From: Marsupella aquatica
Taxonomy: Eukaryota > Plantae > Marchantiophyta
DNA: 64,000 nt
Direction of reading: 5' to 3'
NCBI GenBank assembly: GCA_973895155.1
Contig: OZ316899.1
Span: forward strand, 3,971,241 to 4,035,240
Part shown: piece by piece, positions 34,742-48,897 of the stretch
Position numbering within the stretch: position 1 is the stretch's first letter
How the letters are laid out: each line of letters starts with the position of its first letter
The notes under the pieces: model-generated
Seen by the model: the letters and a program-made list of their open reading frames with translations, nothing else
What the model was told of the DNA's origin: nothing
Database searches by the model: none
Made by a program: the position numbers and the translations under genes

Positions 34742-37700
34742 ATGGCAACATTGGAGAAATTGCATTTTCAGGCCCTTTCAGTAGACGGCAGCAACTACCT
34801 AACGTGGTCAGTAGATGCAGAAACATATTTTGCATCACTGGAACTCGAAGATACTTTGATAACTGATAATAATCTGACACTACAACAGAAGGCTAAGGCC
34901 GTTTTCTTATTACGCCAGCATTTGGCTCCTCCACTCAAAACCCAATATATGAACGAGGTCAACCCACGCCTACTATGGGATAAATTAAAATCAAGATTCG
35001 ACCATATGCGCGAAGTCTGGCTCCCAGAAGCCCGCCGTGATTGGTATAACCTGCGAGTGATGGACTACACATCAATAGCCAGCTACAACAGCGCATTATT
35101 TAGAATCACATCCCAATTGGAGTTGTGTGGCCATCCGGTCCCTGATGCAGATATGATCGACAAAACACTAAGCACACTCCCAGAAGCAAATATAGCCCTC
35201 GGTACACAGTACAGAAATATGAGATTTATAGTCTACTCAGACCTCATTGCACATTTACTGGTAGAAGAGAAGCAGCAGACCGTTGCCCTGCAGAACGCTA
35301 GAAAATGACCTGCAGGATCAGCCCCACCACCACAAAAACCAGAAACAAATTATAATATGAGAAACCAAAGGGGACGACGCAGATCAAGAGGCAGAGGCGG
35401 ATATCAAGACAAAAGCAGGAATCAAAATCCCAGAGGCCGAGGAAACCGTTTTTCATACAACTCACGGGGTCGAGGAGCAAGCGGCCGAGACAGCAGACGA
35501 AACACCCCACCTGATAACATCAGAGAAGATAGGCTGTGTTACCGGTGTGGTAAAATAGGACACATAAAGAAGAACTGCTGGGCATCAGACCAAGCAGCTA
35601 AACGACATACAGAAGCAAGGGCCCAATTAAAGCAAAATCCAGAAGGCAACTATATGGAGATGGAGGAAGACTTAGCTAACTATCAGGACCCAGAAGAAAC
35701 ACCTACACAACAACCTGAAGAACAGGAGACCCATATGGTAACACCAGCATCAATACACACCTCATTAGATGACCCCAACCTTGGGATAATTGACAGCGGA
35801 ACATCACATACAATTCTTAAAGACAAGAAGTACTTCCACAGTATCACCCCATCTACACGATCAATGACCACAATTTCGGGTATAAACCAGATAGAAGAAG
35901 GTAAGGGAGCCGCAACAGTGACATTCCCACAAGGAACAATTATTGATATTGATGCAGCAATCTTTGCCCCACGAGCTACTCAAAATTTGATAAGCTTTCG
36001 GGACGTAGTCGCTAATAAATACCAACTGCGAACGGCAAAGACAGATGAAGAGGACACACTACAAATTTTGGAGATTACCAATGATGGAACCAATATTAAA
36101 GAGACATTACCACTCATACCCCCCGGTCTCTATGCGACTCAAATTACTGTAAATTATTCTACAACTGAATCATCAGAAATAACACACCTATGGCACTACC
36201 GACTGGGACACCCAAGAGTAAATATGTACCGGAGAATTATCAAGGACTCCAGAGGAATCCCACAAGGAGTTGTGACGCCAATGACATGGTCCTTATTTTG
36301 TAATCTGATTAAGTAGGTTGCTGTATGCAAGGAGTAGCTATTGATATTACATAACAATTAGCAAGATGGCAAGAATAAGGGCAATCATGGCGTTAAGAGT
36401 AGGGAAATAAAAGCTATGTCGCAGGTGGTCGATGACCATATCTCTTTCAATATGTCACCAAATCCGGATCTGTAAAGAGCATTGGAAAGATCTGGTCAAG
36501 GCGAGTAAAATCGATATAAAACACTCGGGAAACAGAGGTGTATTAAGAAAGATACGGCCTGATTAGTGTGACGGGTTAACTTGTGGTCGGAATTAGCGGA
36601 TTCGGCTTCAGTTTCGGGTTAACCCAAGCTCGACCACGGCTTAGCTTATGTGAGCACGGCTTCAGCTTAGCTCAGGTCAGCACGGCTTCAGCTTAGCTTA
36701 GGTAAGCACGGCTTCAGCTTATCTCAGGTAAGAACGGCTTCAGCTTAGCTCAGGTCAGCACGGCTTCAGCTTAGCTCAGGTTAGCATAGGTAAGCTCGGA
36801 TTCGGGCTCAGCTTAGGCTAGGTTAGCGGATAGCGGATAGCGGGTAGCGGCCTAACCCGAGACCACGGGTTAGCTCTACTCGGGTTAGATAGGATAGCTA
36901 GGTTAGCCAAACTCGGGTTAGCTATGTAACTCGGGTTAGCGCAGCAGTGAGTACCCCCTCTCGGTTGCGGGGGCATAACTCTCTATGTATTTGACCAAAT
37001 TGGCTATAATTGACCTCGTTGGAAAGAGGAGCTCAAGCCACTTCCAACGCTGCTATCCACGCAGAAAATGGTTAAATAGAGAAATCGGGAGAGGAGGCGC
37101 AAGCTCGCGAAAACCATGGAGGAGGGCCGAATCCGAAGTACATAGCCAATTCGAGATAGAAATAAAGTTGCGAGTTAGGGTTCAGTAGTTAGAGATAGTG
37201 GCGGCTCTGTTAGGGCTGGGATGGGGCTCCAGCAGCGTAGTACCCAGCCATTTGGGCTCAGTATGAGAGTATATAGAGCAGCCCCCCGGTAGAGATGGGG
37301 GGGGACTTCAGTTGTGTGATCTCACTTAGACTGAGTAGCGGGGAGGAGCTCTATGCAAGCAAGGCTGGACTTGGACGCTGCGTGTTGGGGAGAGCTTGGT
37401 TGTGCTATTACTCAGGGAGTAATCAGCCAAGCTTCACAGCAACGGGTTGCTAGGTTTGTGAGCTGGATTGTGGCTCTTTCTAGTGGGCAGCACAACTGGG
37501 TTCTTTTCCCCCGATACAGAGCCTTGGTGATAGGTGATGTATTGGTGATTGTAAACTGTGGGGAGGATTTCAATTCGATTTGCGGTGGGCACATTAGGGA
37601 GGCTGAGGTACTGATTAAGGGGCAGCAGGAGGAGCATTTACAGTTCAGTCTGGCAAGGCTACGTGATCCATGGGGAGTCCCGGCCTTTGTCTGGTGGAGA

Positions 37701-40678
37701 GCACTAAGGGATCTATGGCCAGAGCTGAGCTTGCAGGGCAAGCGTGAGGCCGGGCCTCATTGCAGTCTGGGATAGATCGCCGTTAGGCCTGGTACCAGCT
37801 TTGAAGTCGAGTCAACTATGCATGCGTAACTTGACGTTCTGAATTGGAGGTGTGAGATCTGTATGTGCCCCCAAGAATGATCAAGTGTTCTCAGTGAACT
37901 ATTGTGCACATCTTTGAATCTAATTGAGTTTTCCTCTCAGGCCTCATTTCTCTCGTGGATGTGTGTGTGTGTGAGGCAATCTGAGTGTATGATGGAACTA
38001 GCAGCGCCACTAAGAGGTGTACCGGGTGCATTGAAGCGGGCTGGGTGAGGACTGTCATAGCTCTGATTGTTGAGAGTGGAATGGCAGAGTGGTGGGGCAA
38101 TGGCTTAGAAGTCCCTAAGCCGGGAATCAGTCAGGAGTCACTGGTTTATGGGTACATTCCGGCGGCAGAATAGAAACATACCTATGACAGTAAGCATATG
38201 TATAGACCTATGCGCACCGTAGCGCTAGGCCCTGTGTGTACGGGCCCGATATGAAGACCCCTTCTCACCAGAACTATCATGAGCGCAGATCTGATCCCCA
38301 ACCTCGGTTCCTTGGGATTGAGCTTGGGTGATGTGTGATAGAGTCTTGCTATGATAGTCTGGTGTTAAGGGCATAAACTGGTGTTTACCGGCATTCACAA
38401 CATCCCTTCGTGATCCTCAGGTACAAGGAGATGGTTTTGGCACCCATAGTGACGTTTTTGGTGTTAAGACCCATGTCAATCGCGTGACAGGAGTCAACCC
38501 ATCCACAATGAAACAACAATGCTTAGCCTGTTCTCAGGGGAAGCTGATTACAAGACCACCAATACCGAAGACGATCCATGCTATCCCGAATTTTTGGAAC
38601 ACCTGAACGCAGATGTATGTGGGCCAATACACCCACCCAGTGGACCGTTTAAGTACTTCCTGGCCATAATTGACTCATCGACTAAATGGTTACAAGTATC
38701 CCTCCTTTCTAGTCGAAACTTAGTCTTTGCACGAATCTTAGCCAATATATTAAAACTTAAAGCACAGTTCCCAGAAAATCCAATCCGGAAACTGAGAGTG
38801 GATGGAGCAGGGGAATTTACCTCCAAAGCATTCGATGATTTCTGTTGGACGGCGGGAATTGACACAGAATACTCAGTTCCCTACGTCCATTTTCAAAACG
38901 GAATTGCCGAATCCGTTATAAAGCGTATCCAAATGATTACTCGACCACTCCTACTGAACTCCAAGTTACCCCTCTCCGCATGGGGACATGCAGTCCTCCA
39001 CGCCACCACATTGCTGAAGTACAGGCCCTCAGCGTTTAATACCAAAACTCCACACCACTTAGCGTTCGGATTACCCCCTGACCTGTCACATCTGCGCGTC
39101 TTTGGATGCAAAGTGATGGTCCCCATCCTTGGGCCAAAGCGCACTAAAATAGGACCTCAAAGACAGGAAGGCATCTACGTTGGCTACGACTCCTCATCCA
39201 TAATCCGTTACCTGGAACCGACCACTGCAGACCTATTTAAAGCCAGATACGCAGACTATCACTTCTATGAAGATTCATTCCCCCAATTACTTACAGAAAA
39301 ACCATTGACGAGGGATACACCTCCACAAAGCATAAATTGGAACAGTCAAAACTTACTCAACCAGGACCCGCGAACGAAGCGAGCGGATGAAGAAGTCCGC
39401 AGACTACTACACCTCCAAGAAATGTTGGACAAGATCCCCGACGCCTTTAATGATGCAGCCAACGTTACAAGATCCCATGTAGAGGCAGCAAACGTACCAG
39501 CTCGAGTACAACCTACCACAAAATCAGCAATGGAGACCACGGCAAAGAAAAAAAGAGGTAGGCCACCAGAATCTAGAGACTCCCGACCACGCCAGAGACT
39601 CCCTCATCAGGTACTACCTGAAACCACGATGCATGCTATTACTAATGAACCAGATAGATCTAACGTACCAGATAATGAAGAAATGGCCATCCCATACCAA
39701 TACACCGGACAAATCTATAAAAGACCCAACACTGTCGTTGATGCACAATTCGCCTATCACATAGCTCAGCAAATATCAACTGACACTCCGGACCCCCTAA
39801 CCATTAAAGAAGCACAAGCGAGGTCGGATTGGCCACAGTGGCAAGAGGCCATTAACACTGAAATGGATGCATTGATCCGTAGGCATGTCTTTGGCCCGTT
39901 AAAACAAGTCCAACCTAACAATGATTACACAGACAGCAGATTCACATTTGTCAGAAAGAGAAATGCCAAAGGAGATGTCATTAGATACCGCACACGCTTA
40001 GTAGCGAAAGGCTACACTCAAATCCCGGGAAGGGATTATGATTTGACCTATTCACCTGTTATGGATGTGACTACATTCAGGTATCTTATAGCTTTCTCTC
40101 GAAAACACCAACTCTGTAATATACTAATGGACGTTGTAACAGCGTACCTATATGGAGTACTAGACTCCGAAATTTTCATGAAAGCCCCAAAAGAACTACT
40201 CGCAAGAGTGACAGAACATGTCCAAGGGAAACATTTCCAGAACTTGAGTAAGGACATGAAGTCGGGAATACGACAGATTGTACCAGATGAGAAGCTCAAA
40301 GGCCTAGTGTTGAGCAGTGGCAACACAAATAAAGATCCACTCCAGCACCCCAGAAAAAGTGGGACTGGACAGCAGGCGTTTGCTGTGCAAGTCCTGAAAT
40401 CCATCAACGGGTTAAAACAAAGTGGACGCATCTGGTACCAGAAGTTTAAAACTGAGATGCAAACCCTTGGATTTATCAACAACGATATTGCACCGTGCAT
40501 ATTCATCAAACACATCGATACAGAATTCGTCATCCTCGCCCTATACGTCGATGATGTCAACTTATTTGGTACTCCACAACTCTTACGCAAAACTATTAAT
40601 ACAATGAAGAGTATTTTCGAGATGAAAGAAATTGGAGAGCCGACATACTGCTTAGGACTACAATTTGAATACCTTCTC
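34742..40678 (+). pseudogene. Bianca gag-PR-INT-RT, split by solo LTR Y
   Basis: One frame across 34742-36270 with TGA at 35306-35308 (K*PAGSAP). Frame restored across TSD GGAGT (GVNPSTMKQQCLACSQGKLI); 1-nt frameshift at the T5 run 38591-38595. Integrase ADVCGPIHPP, RVDGAGEF; RT MDVVTAYLYG, LYVDD. Confidence 0.92.
36271..38489. mobile_element. Solo LTR Y (2219 bp) inserted in Bianca pol
   Basis: TGTGACGC...GCGTGACA termini; perfect TSD GGAGT (36266-36270 and 38490-38494); internal ~21-bp tandem CACGGCTTCAGCTTAGCTCAGG array at ~36630-36800. Confidence 0.93.
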
Positions 40679-41039
40679 AAAAATATTATAAGGCAACAAA
40701 TGGTTTCCCCATAAGGCTGATGCAAACCAGGTTGGTCTGCACATTCTAGACTTAGGAAATTCCAGCCTATCCCACTTATCCAAGTAGGATGTCAGTCCGA
40801 GCGGGTAAGCCAACTCCAAACTCGTTGGACCCTTTGTTCTCCCCTTGGGGTACTCCCCTATAGTTTGAACTAACCAACCCACAAATGTGAGGCGAGCACT
40901 ATCAACTTCCACTCGCAAAATGCAAATTAGCCCCCCAACAACCTCTAGCACCCATGCAATTTGACTTTATTCTTAAGAGGCCGAGAGGAGTGAAACTAAG
41001 ATACAACTCACAAAGGTAGCCACAACTGCCTGTACCAGT

Positions 41040-41231
41040 TCATAGTGGCGGCAGGCCGCTTCGCTTACAATAGCTTCCAAGGATCTCTAAGGCATTACCC
41101 AAATTTTCTTCCGGTTCCCAAGTACTTTTGGCCTGATCATAGCCAGTCCACTTCACCAAATATTCTAAGATTTGCCTTCCTAGCTTGCGTTTGTAACGGT
41201 GGTCCGGAATTGCCTCCACCTCAAATTCTTC
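41040..41231 (-). pseudogene. Chromodomain at the chromovirus integrase C-terminus
   Basis: EEFEVEAIPDHR...EYLVKWTGYDQAKSTWEPEENL; joins VEDA at 43073+ when the solo LTR and one TSD copy are removed. Confidence 0.92.
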
Positions 41232-41236
41232 CGCGT

Positions 41237-43067
41237 AGTCGCGGAACTCAACTACCTTAACACTTAGCTCCAGCGTCGCTGACTCCGACCCCGTGCTCCC
41301 TTATGGTCTAGGCCCGGATAGACAATCCGGGGAGGACTTAGCATGGGGATACTTGTGGGCAATGAGACGTGGCACTAGCAAAATCAAGGAGCCAAGCTGG
41401 TGACGCACACTAAGGACTTAGGCTAGCTGAGAGCTGGTCAGGTCAAGGGGAAAAGGGGCCGGACTCAAGGGCGACCGTCCGGACCCCGGATGGACTTTGA
41501 GTTCTGAGGGCTTGAGTGTGAGCTCCTCTTGGGCCCAAGGCCAATCGAGTTGACGCCATGGGCAACGGACGCTTGGGGTGTGAGTTATGGCCCAATCAGG
41601 TTTGGCCAATCAGGGACCCCAAGCGGCGATGAGACCTGAGGGCCTAGACATGAGCACTAGGTTGGTCCAATCACAAGGGGCTAAGGCACTCTGCTTGCAG
41701 ATGCCTAACAAGGAAATTATGGACGTTGTTAGTTGGTGGCGCACCCAGTATGCAAGATAGGGTCTGGGTTGGGGGCCAAAAGTTTAAGGACCAAAGCTGG
41801 TCCGGGGGTGGCAGGTCTTCAAAAGCATATATGAGGGGAGTGGTGTCTCCCTGGGGGCTAAGGGCGAGCCGAAGTCGTGAGCCGCGGCGGTCGCGACCCT
41901 AAGCAAAAACGCCAAACGGAAACAACGATATCTTCCCAACGGGAAGTCCGTTGGAGGACTTCTTGGGTGCATTGGAAATATCTCAAGGAGAGCTACGCCC
42001 TCTTGAGCTCAAATGGGTCTAGGGGTGCCATGGGTTTTTGAGGTTTACGGGTGTTAGCTCGCCCGCTTGCCAACTCCTGTCGAAACAACAACCAAGCCGT
42101 GTTCAGTCTCCCAAGGGCGCTTGCGTTAGGGAGGCAAGGCCAAGTAGGCGTGGAGGTTGAGTTCCAACGGTGCTTGGCCATAAGTGGGGCAAAACGGGAG
42201 TTGGTTGCTAGAGTCGGGGCCATTATGGTCCCGACGTGTTGGGACAAGCTTTCCTTTAGACATTTTTTACAATTTTAATTACTTTGAGGGGCCACTCAAA
42301 CCCCATGGCCGGGGGGAACAAAACAGAAAAACAACCACCATGGCCAGCACAGCAAATCACCAGCACACACCAATGCAAATGGTTTACCAGTAGCACCCAT
42401 AACATGTAATCCTACCAGCTATCTAGCACAGTAGACCAACCTCACCACCAAAATATACTTATCCTACAACAATCCAGCAGCCTAACCAGCCTACTATCCC
42501 ACATTCAGTCAATCCTGCTCTATCCTGATGTGATCCAGCAATCCCTACGCCTCAACCATGTGAGCCTCTCTTCATTGATGATCCCTAGTGTGTTGGGACA
42601 AGCTTTAGGACAAGCTACGCTATTTGGGCCATGAGCATGTCCCGGGGTCAGGGCGGTCAGTTGGTGATGGATAGGTACGAGGGGGAACCCGGGCCGCGCC
42701 CAAGGAAAGAGCTGTTCAGGATGAACAGTGGGTGTGGGTTCTGGTGCCGGCTTATGGCATCGGGAGGACCTATCGTTGACCTATTTACCAATGTTTGTTG
42801 AGCTTGACTTAGGATGCTACACTTGGTGAGTTCGAGATCCCGAAGGGTTGCTTACCAAGGCACTTGGTTGCTTGTGCAGACAGTGAGGACCGTTGAGTAG
42901 CGGTTGTGTTGGAGAGCAAGTGCGGTTTTGTATGGGAGGGGCCGTTGGTGGTGCAAGGGGCATTAGGTTGCTTACTCAAGGTATTCCATGGAGGCGTTCG
43001 GGCACCAAGGGCACTTAGACGTGGGTACTGGGATTGGTGAGGGCGATGGGTGGCAAGGTCCACCACT
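41237..43067 (+). mobile_element. Solo LTR of the AGT...ACT family, inserted antisense into its own family's integrase
   Basis: AGTCGCGG...GGTCCACCACT; TSD CGCGT/TGCGT (41232-41236 and 43068-43072). Confidence 0.9.
42253..42589 (-). mobile_element. 5'-truncated LINE-type (TPRT) insertion, 337 bp
   Basis: 17-bp TSD GTGTTGGGACAAGCTTT (42236-42252 and 42590-42606); A-rich minus-strand tail ATTAAAATTGTAAAAAA, similar to the LINE tail at ~53147. Confidence 0.75.
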
Positions 43068-43072
43068 TGCGT

Positions 43073-44969
43073 CCTCCACTAGCATGGCATTTGGACGCAA
43101 GACCTGATCCCGATTGGGATCATTATCTTTGACAAATTTCTTGAGCTGGCTAACATGGTAGCTTTTGCCTACGCCCATTTCCTTGGGTGTCTCCAACACC
43201 ACCAAAACCGGATTATCCTTGTGGGCCCATTGTATAATGCCATAGGGCCTTGTGTATCTGGGCTCCCTACTTATGTTCCTGTGGTATTTCTCGGGAGAAT
43301 ACTTCCCTGAGAAATTGCTCATGTTCCTCCATACATTTCGAGTAGATCAGGATGTGGTCAATAAAGACTACCACTCCTTGGTCCAACAAGTCATGAAAGA
43401 TGGTATTCATCATTTTCATGAATGTTGCAGTTGCATTACACAACCCGAACGGCATAACCAAAAACTTGTAGGATCCGAACCTTGTGCACATTGTGGTCTT
43501 ATACTCATCTCCTTTAGCCATGCGGATCTGGTAATACCCAGACCGCAAGTCCACCTTTGAAAACTTCTTAGCCCCAGAGAGGCAATCGAAGAGGTCATCC
43601 ATATGAGGTAATGGGTACTTGTTCTTTACCCGTTTGCTTATTGAGGGCCCAATAATCTACGCACAATCTCAAAGTACCATCCTTTTGGGACACAAACAGC
43701 GCGGGCGCCCCATAAGGACTCTTACTAGGACAAATGAACCCTTGGTTGATCAGCTCTTCTAAGGCATTCTTCAACATCATTCGTTCATTTAGGTTTAGAA
43801 AATAAGGAACTTTAGTCTGAAGAGCCAAAATTGGCTCAAACTCAACTTGGTGATCCACTTCCCTCCGCAGGGGTAAACCTTTAGGTAGCTTCTATGAGAG
43901 CACATGATCATTGAATTCCTCTAAAATTTTAGGAGTTTGACCACAATTGGGTCCAACCTTAGCTGACTTAGATTTTGGCTGTTTACCAGCCTCCTTATCC
44001 GAGTGGAGATAAAAGAAGAAGCATTCATGTCCACCCTTGAGGTCTTTCCACCATAGGTTTGTGATACACACGATGAAATCTTTCTTTATTTTTGGTAATT
44101 TCATGTACAATAATGGGCTCACCGTCCTTATCGGGAAAATTGAGCACCTCATCCCCCGGTTTCAAGGTAACATTGTGCTTTTTGAGATAGCCTACCAACA
44201 AAATGAAGGCTACGACTAGACCTTCTAGAACGTAGAACATCTCCTTACTATCAAAATTTTGTTGTTTGCCTATGACCTCTACTTGCAGTCTATGTACCAC
44301 TCTCGACACTATCCCTTTTGTGTTGTTGGCAAACTTGCACACTAATGGTTGTAATAACTCTTGCACATCCACCCCAAGACGTGCAACCGCCTGCCCGCTT
44401 ATGTAGCAGGCGGTCGTGCTTGTATCCACCAAAGCAACACCTAGATTACCGTTAGAAATGACATTCACAATCAGCTTTTCAAGATCCATTGTCTTAACCT
44501 TAAGTACTTTCTCTCGCAACAACACCTTCCCTCCGGCAGGAATATCCCCTACATGGACCTCGTCAACTACTAAGGGTTGGTTAGAGTGATACTTACCTTA
44601 AAGCTCTTTGTTTGGTTTGCCACCTTTCGTGGGACAATCCTTACTTTGATGGCCCATGGCACCACAAGTGAAGCACTAGCCTTTTGCCCAACTTTGCTTT
44701 GCGAGTGCCTGCTTTTTTGCTTTCTGCACTGATGAGGGTCCTTTCTTAAAGTTGTTGGTTTTCCGGTTACACTTTGCATCTCCATTTTGGGGCTAAGGAT
44801 CTCGAACCACCGGCCCCCGCCCCCTCAAGCTGCTTGCACTTGTTTTGGGGACCTTTTTCTTTCCCAACTTCCCCTTTGGATCCCTTGCCACCAACCTTTG
44901 TTAAGTCTAATCAGTTATTCACCAGCATAGCGGCCTTGTCAAAGGCGTAAAAAAGCATTTTAAACTCAT
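43073..44969 (-). pseudogene. Chromovirus Gag C-terminus/knuckle, protease, RT and integrase tail; RNase H and integrase core deleted at ~43320
   Basis: CFTCGAMGHQSKDC; LVDTSTT; [11 protein letters not shown]...MPFGLCNA...[10 protein letters not shown]; then a jump to YHVSQLKKF...DQVLRP. Confidence 0.88.
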
Positions 44970-46296
44970 GACGCTGTAGTTTGCTGTGAAGAACCAAAAA
45001 CACACTTAAAGGTCTTCAAACTCGGTATTCGTTCCCGTAAAGAACAAGATGGGGTTGGTTTGATAGATTTAAACAACAATAATAGACTTAAAATGTTTTC
45101 CACACATAGTAATCAAGTTTGATTACTTTACAAAGGTATTTTGAAGATCGCTCCACAGCGGTGAGTAGTTTTTAATGATAACTCAGCATCATGTAAACAT
45201 AAATTAATGAAAAGGGAATGATTAATAAAATACACCAAAAATATCTTAAAGTGTGCTAAGGGAGTCTGGAATTGACCAAGGTTGCTCCTTAGACATAAGT
45301 CAAAAGGAAAAGACTTAAGGATTCAAATACATATTGCTTTTCAGATCTAAAATGCTTACTAGAGTACTCTTTTAAAGTGTCGTCAACACGTCTTGTCTTT
45401 TCTTTCTAAGTGGTACTCGGACAAGATCTAAAAGGTAGATACTTCAACATTTAGATGGTACTAAGCAACATGAAAGAAAATCCATCAATTCCAATAAGAC
45501 TTAAACTCAATGAGTTAACTTTAAGAACTCAAGAGATTGCAATGAGTCCCCAAAGAGGAATCTGTCATTACAACATCCAAATATTTTGCACAAATGGATT
45601 TTACTTCCTGTGTTTATAAACAGAGGTAAAAACACAAGAAAGAGGTAAGTCTTTCCAAATGTTAAACCTGATCTCGAACTCATAGATTCATTATCAACTA
45701 GTTTAACACAAGGAAAAGGTAAAAATGCATAACTTAACCATAAACTACACTAGTGATGGAGGTGTCTTATAGTAAAAATTTACAGAGTAAGAGGTCATAA
45801 GGTTGAAGAGACATGCCTCTTCATACCCTCAAAAAGCTAAAATGACGATTCAGTAAGTGAAAAGCTGGAAAAACTGGCTAAGTGTGAACCGTAAACTCGT
45901 AATCGTCTGTCTATCGGAACTCGTAATTAGTAAACTTAGTAACTCGTAAAGTAGTAAAAACGTAATGCGATATACTTGAAGACTTAGCAAATTCAACTAT
46001 TTTTAACTTCCTAACTATAAGTCAGAAAACTCTGAGATTTTGCCAGCAGACTTTTCTAGGTACAGACTATATACTAAAGAAGTATGACAGCTTTTAAAGC
46101 TCTAGAACATATTTATAAAAATCAGACAAGATGCACTACTCCTAAAACTAATTAGAAACACTTAGACTCTGCCTTAGTCTTGTTGTCGGATATCATCTGG
46201 TTCAAGAAGCTCCACAAGGGTAACAATCTGATTCTAGGTAACTTCGATCAGCTCAGCCTGGCGTGGGGATCCTCGAGAGTAGGGTAGGCATCTCAG

Positions 46297-48897
46297 TTAT
46301 CTTTCGAGATACATCAGGGCCATTCTCTTCCTTAGATAACATATGTCTATTCGAAGAGCTTCTCGATACATCCCAATCACATCATAGTTATTACAAGTAG
46401 CAGCATATACTTGGGGATAATGGTATAGGAATTCATCAGAGTTCAGCATCCTAGAATAGAAAGGTCGAATCCTCCATTTGACATCTCTGAAGTGCCGGTT
46501 GAAGTTGGTCAGAGTCTGAGAGGTGACATTGTTCCAGATCCTCTGTTTCTCAGCAAACGAGCTGGTTGAAACAAGTGTAATCTTGGGCTCTCGAGGAATG
46601 TAGTCGTATTGCAGAGTAGTAGGCTTCTTGCTCTGCATGAGAAAAGAAACCACAAAATCCAGGGCATAGGCTGCAAAATTCCCAAAATATGCCAAAACTA
46701 AATCTGAGTCCTCTACCTCTACATCACCTTGGAGTAGCATCACAGCCAAAATAGGCCGGAAGTAGAGAGAGTCAGTCCAAAACTCATCAAATTGTGCCAT
46801 CTCCACTCTGGAAGCTCCAAAACACCTAAGGTCGAAGATATAACTGGCCTCCGTTTTCTTGATATAATAATACCTCCAAAACTCCCCAACCGGTGGTCTA
46901 TTGGCCTGGATTATTTGACAGGTCTCTACATACCTGTGCACTTGGGACTCTGGATGTCTCGGGTATCTGCTCTTGATGGTGGCATTACGGGGTGTCTGAG
47001 TAGATGAAGTGACAACTGCTACTAAGTTTGGATTGGATCTTAAGGCAGTATCAACATCTTCAAACTCTTGCCTAGGTGACGACTCTAAGAAGTTGTCATA
47101 AGATCGAATGGAATCAAAATTGGAGGGTGGATCAGAATCTTTAGGTAGATCCTCTCTGACGTAAGGGTGCTCATACTGTGACCGATTGTAGGGTGGTCCT
47201 TCTATGGGTTTGTAGTTGGAATCAGGACTGTAAGGGTGGGAACTCGGACTAAGAGAAGGTTTAGCAGTTGGACATTGCTTATCAAGTTGCCGACCACAGA
47301 TGTTATCTGTCGAGGTTCACACTGAAGCATTTCTAGCAAGTCATCCACAATGGCTACACAGCTAGTACTCCTTGCTATTGGAACAGGTTCACTTGTTTCT
47401 AGGGGAGGAGGTTGTACAGTGGCAGGAGTATAGATCACGAACTCCATTGGTGTTGGTTCTCCTGGAGGAGAGGTCATTCTGACAGGACTTAGCTGATCAT
47501 GAAATGGTGACCTCAAACTAACAGCCTCCATTCTCAAATTACTAACAGCATCATATAGTCCATCATCATTGCAACTGAGGAGAGAGGTCAACTTATCAAT
47601 AAGCTGCTAATTTGTCTCTGCTTTTGAAAGAGCAGCCGAGTTGGTCCTTAGGAAGTCAGCAGAAGCCGGTTCAACAATGTCTTCTGGTTGCTCAAAGAAA
47701 TCCTTGTCCTCCTTAGCTCCAGTTTGTTCTCCCATGCGGATTTCTCTTGAGTACAGCGGGTTATTCAAAGGATGTTGGATGAGCTCCAAGTTGTGCTCAG
47801 GTGAAACTTCAAGACCACCCATAGATGCATCTTCTATATCCATATCCACATCCTCATTATTGCAGTTCAAGGGAATGGCATCCACTGGGTCTTCCACATC
47901 AATTTCTTCCTCGATGCTCAACTCGATCAGAAGTAACCCTCTTTCTGTTCTCTCCTCTGGGTGTAGACAGTCATGAGCTTGATAGAGTTGAGATAAATAA
48001 ACTTGCAGATGAGTGGGTCTGCTTGGCTTCATATTTCTCACCTAATCCTTCATTAAATTAAAAATCAACAATGCCCAGTTCACTTGGATGGCTCCACTAT
48101 GAGCAGCTACAATAGTATTCACCAAAGCCACAGGGCAAATGGTTGGCTTTTTCGAATGAAGAATTGGTACTAAAAATTCTAGAAGAACTCTCAGATCCGG
48201 ATAAGTACATTGTGTCAAATTCCAGCCATTAGTAAGATTGCAAATTCTTGAGAAGCTCGGGGGTCTCACTATATGGGGACCTCCCCATCGTCTGCGACGT
48301 TTTTAGGCCTCGAACCCCCTAAAATGTAAGAATTAAAAACAATTAATTAACCCCTATAAAGTTAGAATATTCTTGGAATATTCTAAAAATTGGATTAAAA
48401 AGACCCTAATATTCTTATAAGTCTCAAAATTGAATTTAAAAGACCCTATTGTTCTTCTACAAAAACTCTTAAGTTTCCCTTAGAACCAATAAAATGACCC
48501 TATCTTTCGTCGCACGTGATATGCCATTTTTGTGGAAGTGAAACCCCCAAGCTGAGAAGTAGGGAGTAGACAAATCCTTCTTCTTTGAATACAATCCTTC
48601 TCCTTCTAAGGGGCAGCGGAAGGCATAGGCAACTTGCTCCATAGTCCATAAACTTGGTCAAGCTCTAAGGGTTTGTCGGAATTCAGGAGCAATCAGCGAC
48701 CCTTTCACAAAATCCTGTAAATATGAGTCGAGCTCTACATTCTAAGGAATTACGAGTAGATGCTCTAGTCCCAGTTGCTGTAATGATGTTCTTAAATTTG
48801 CACAACTGTTGGGCGCCTGAGGAATTTGAGTTACTACACTCTTAGGAATTGCCAAAGCGTCAACGCGGTACTGCTCATCAGTGCCCAGGTCAGCCAT
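46297..48897 (-). pseudogene. LTR-embedded accessory ORF, ~760 codons, decayed and split by a MITE
   Basis: MADLG...LRTSLQQLGLEHLL...LRA*PSLWT...FRCPLEGEG...YFSRICNLTNGWNLTQC...LEFLVPILHSKKP...VNWA; frame restored across the MITE TSD; homologous to 58262-59946. Confidence 0.8.
48256..48551. mobile_element. MITE copy 1
   Basis: CTCGGGGGTCTCACT...AGTGAAACCCCCAAG; 8-bp TSD TTGAGAAG/CTGAGAAG; closely similar to 52764-53045. Confidence 0.92.

Larger units (their letters stand above)
34033..40678 (+). mobile_element. Bianca-type Ty1/copia element B, 3'-truncated (no RNase H or 3' LTR); LTR start approximate
   Basis: LTR ends ...TACAACA at 34225; PBS CGTTATTAGCACGA at 34226-34239; gag-pol from 34742; RT breaks off after CLGLQFEYL. 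Confidence 0.88.
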
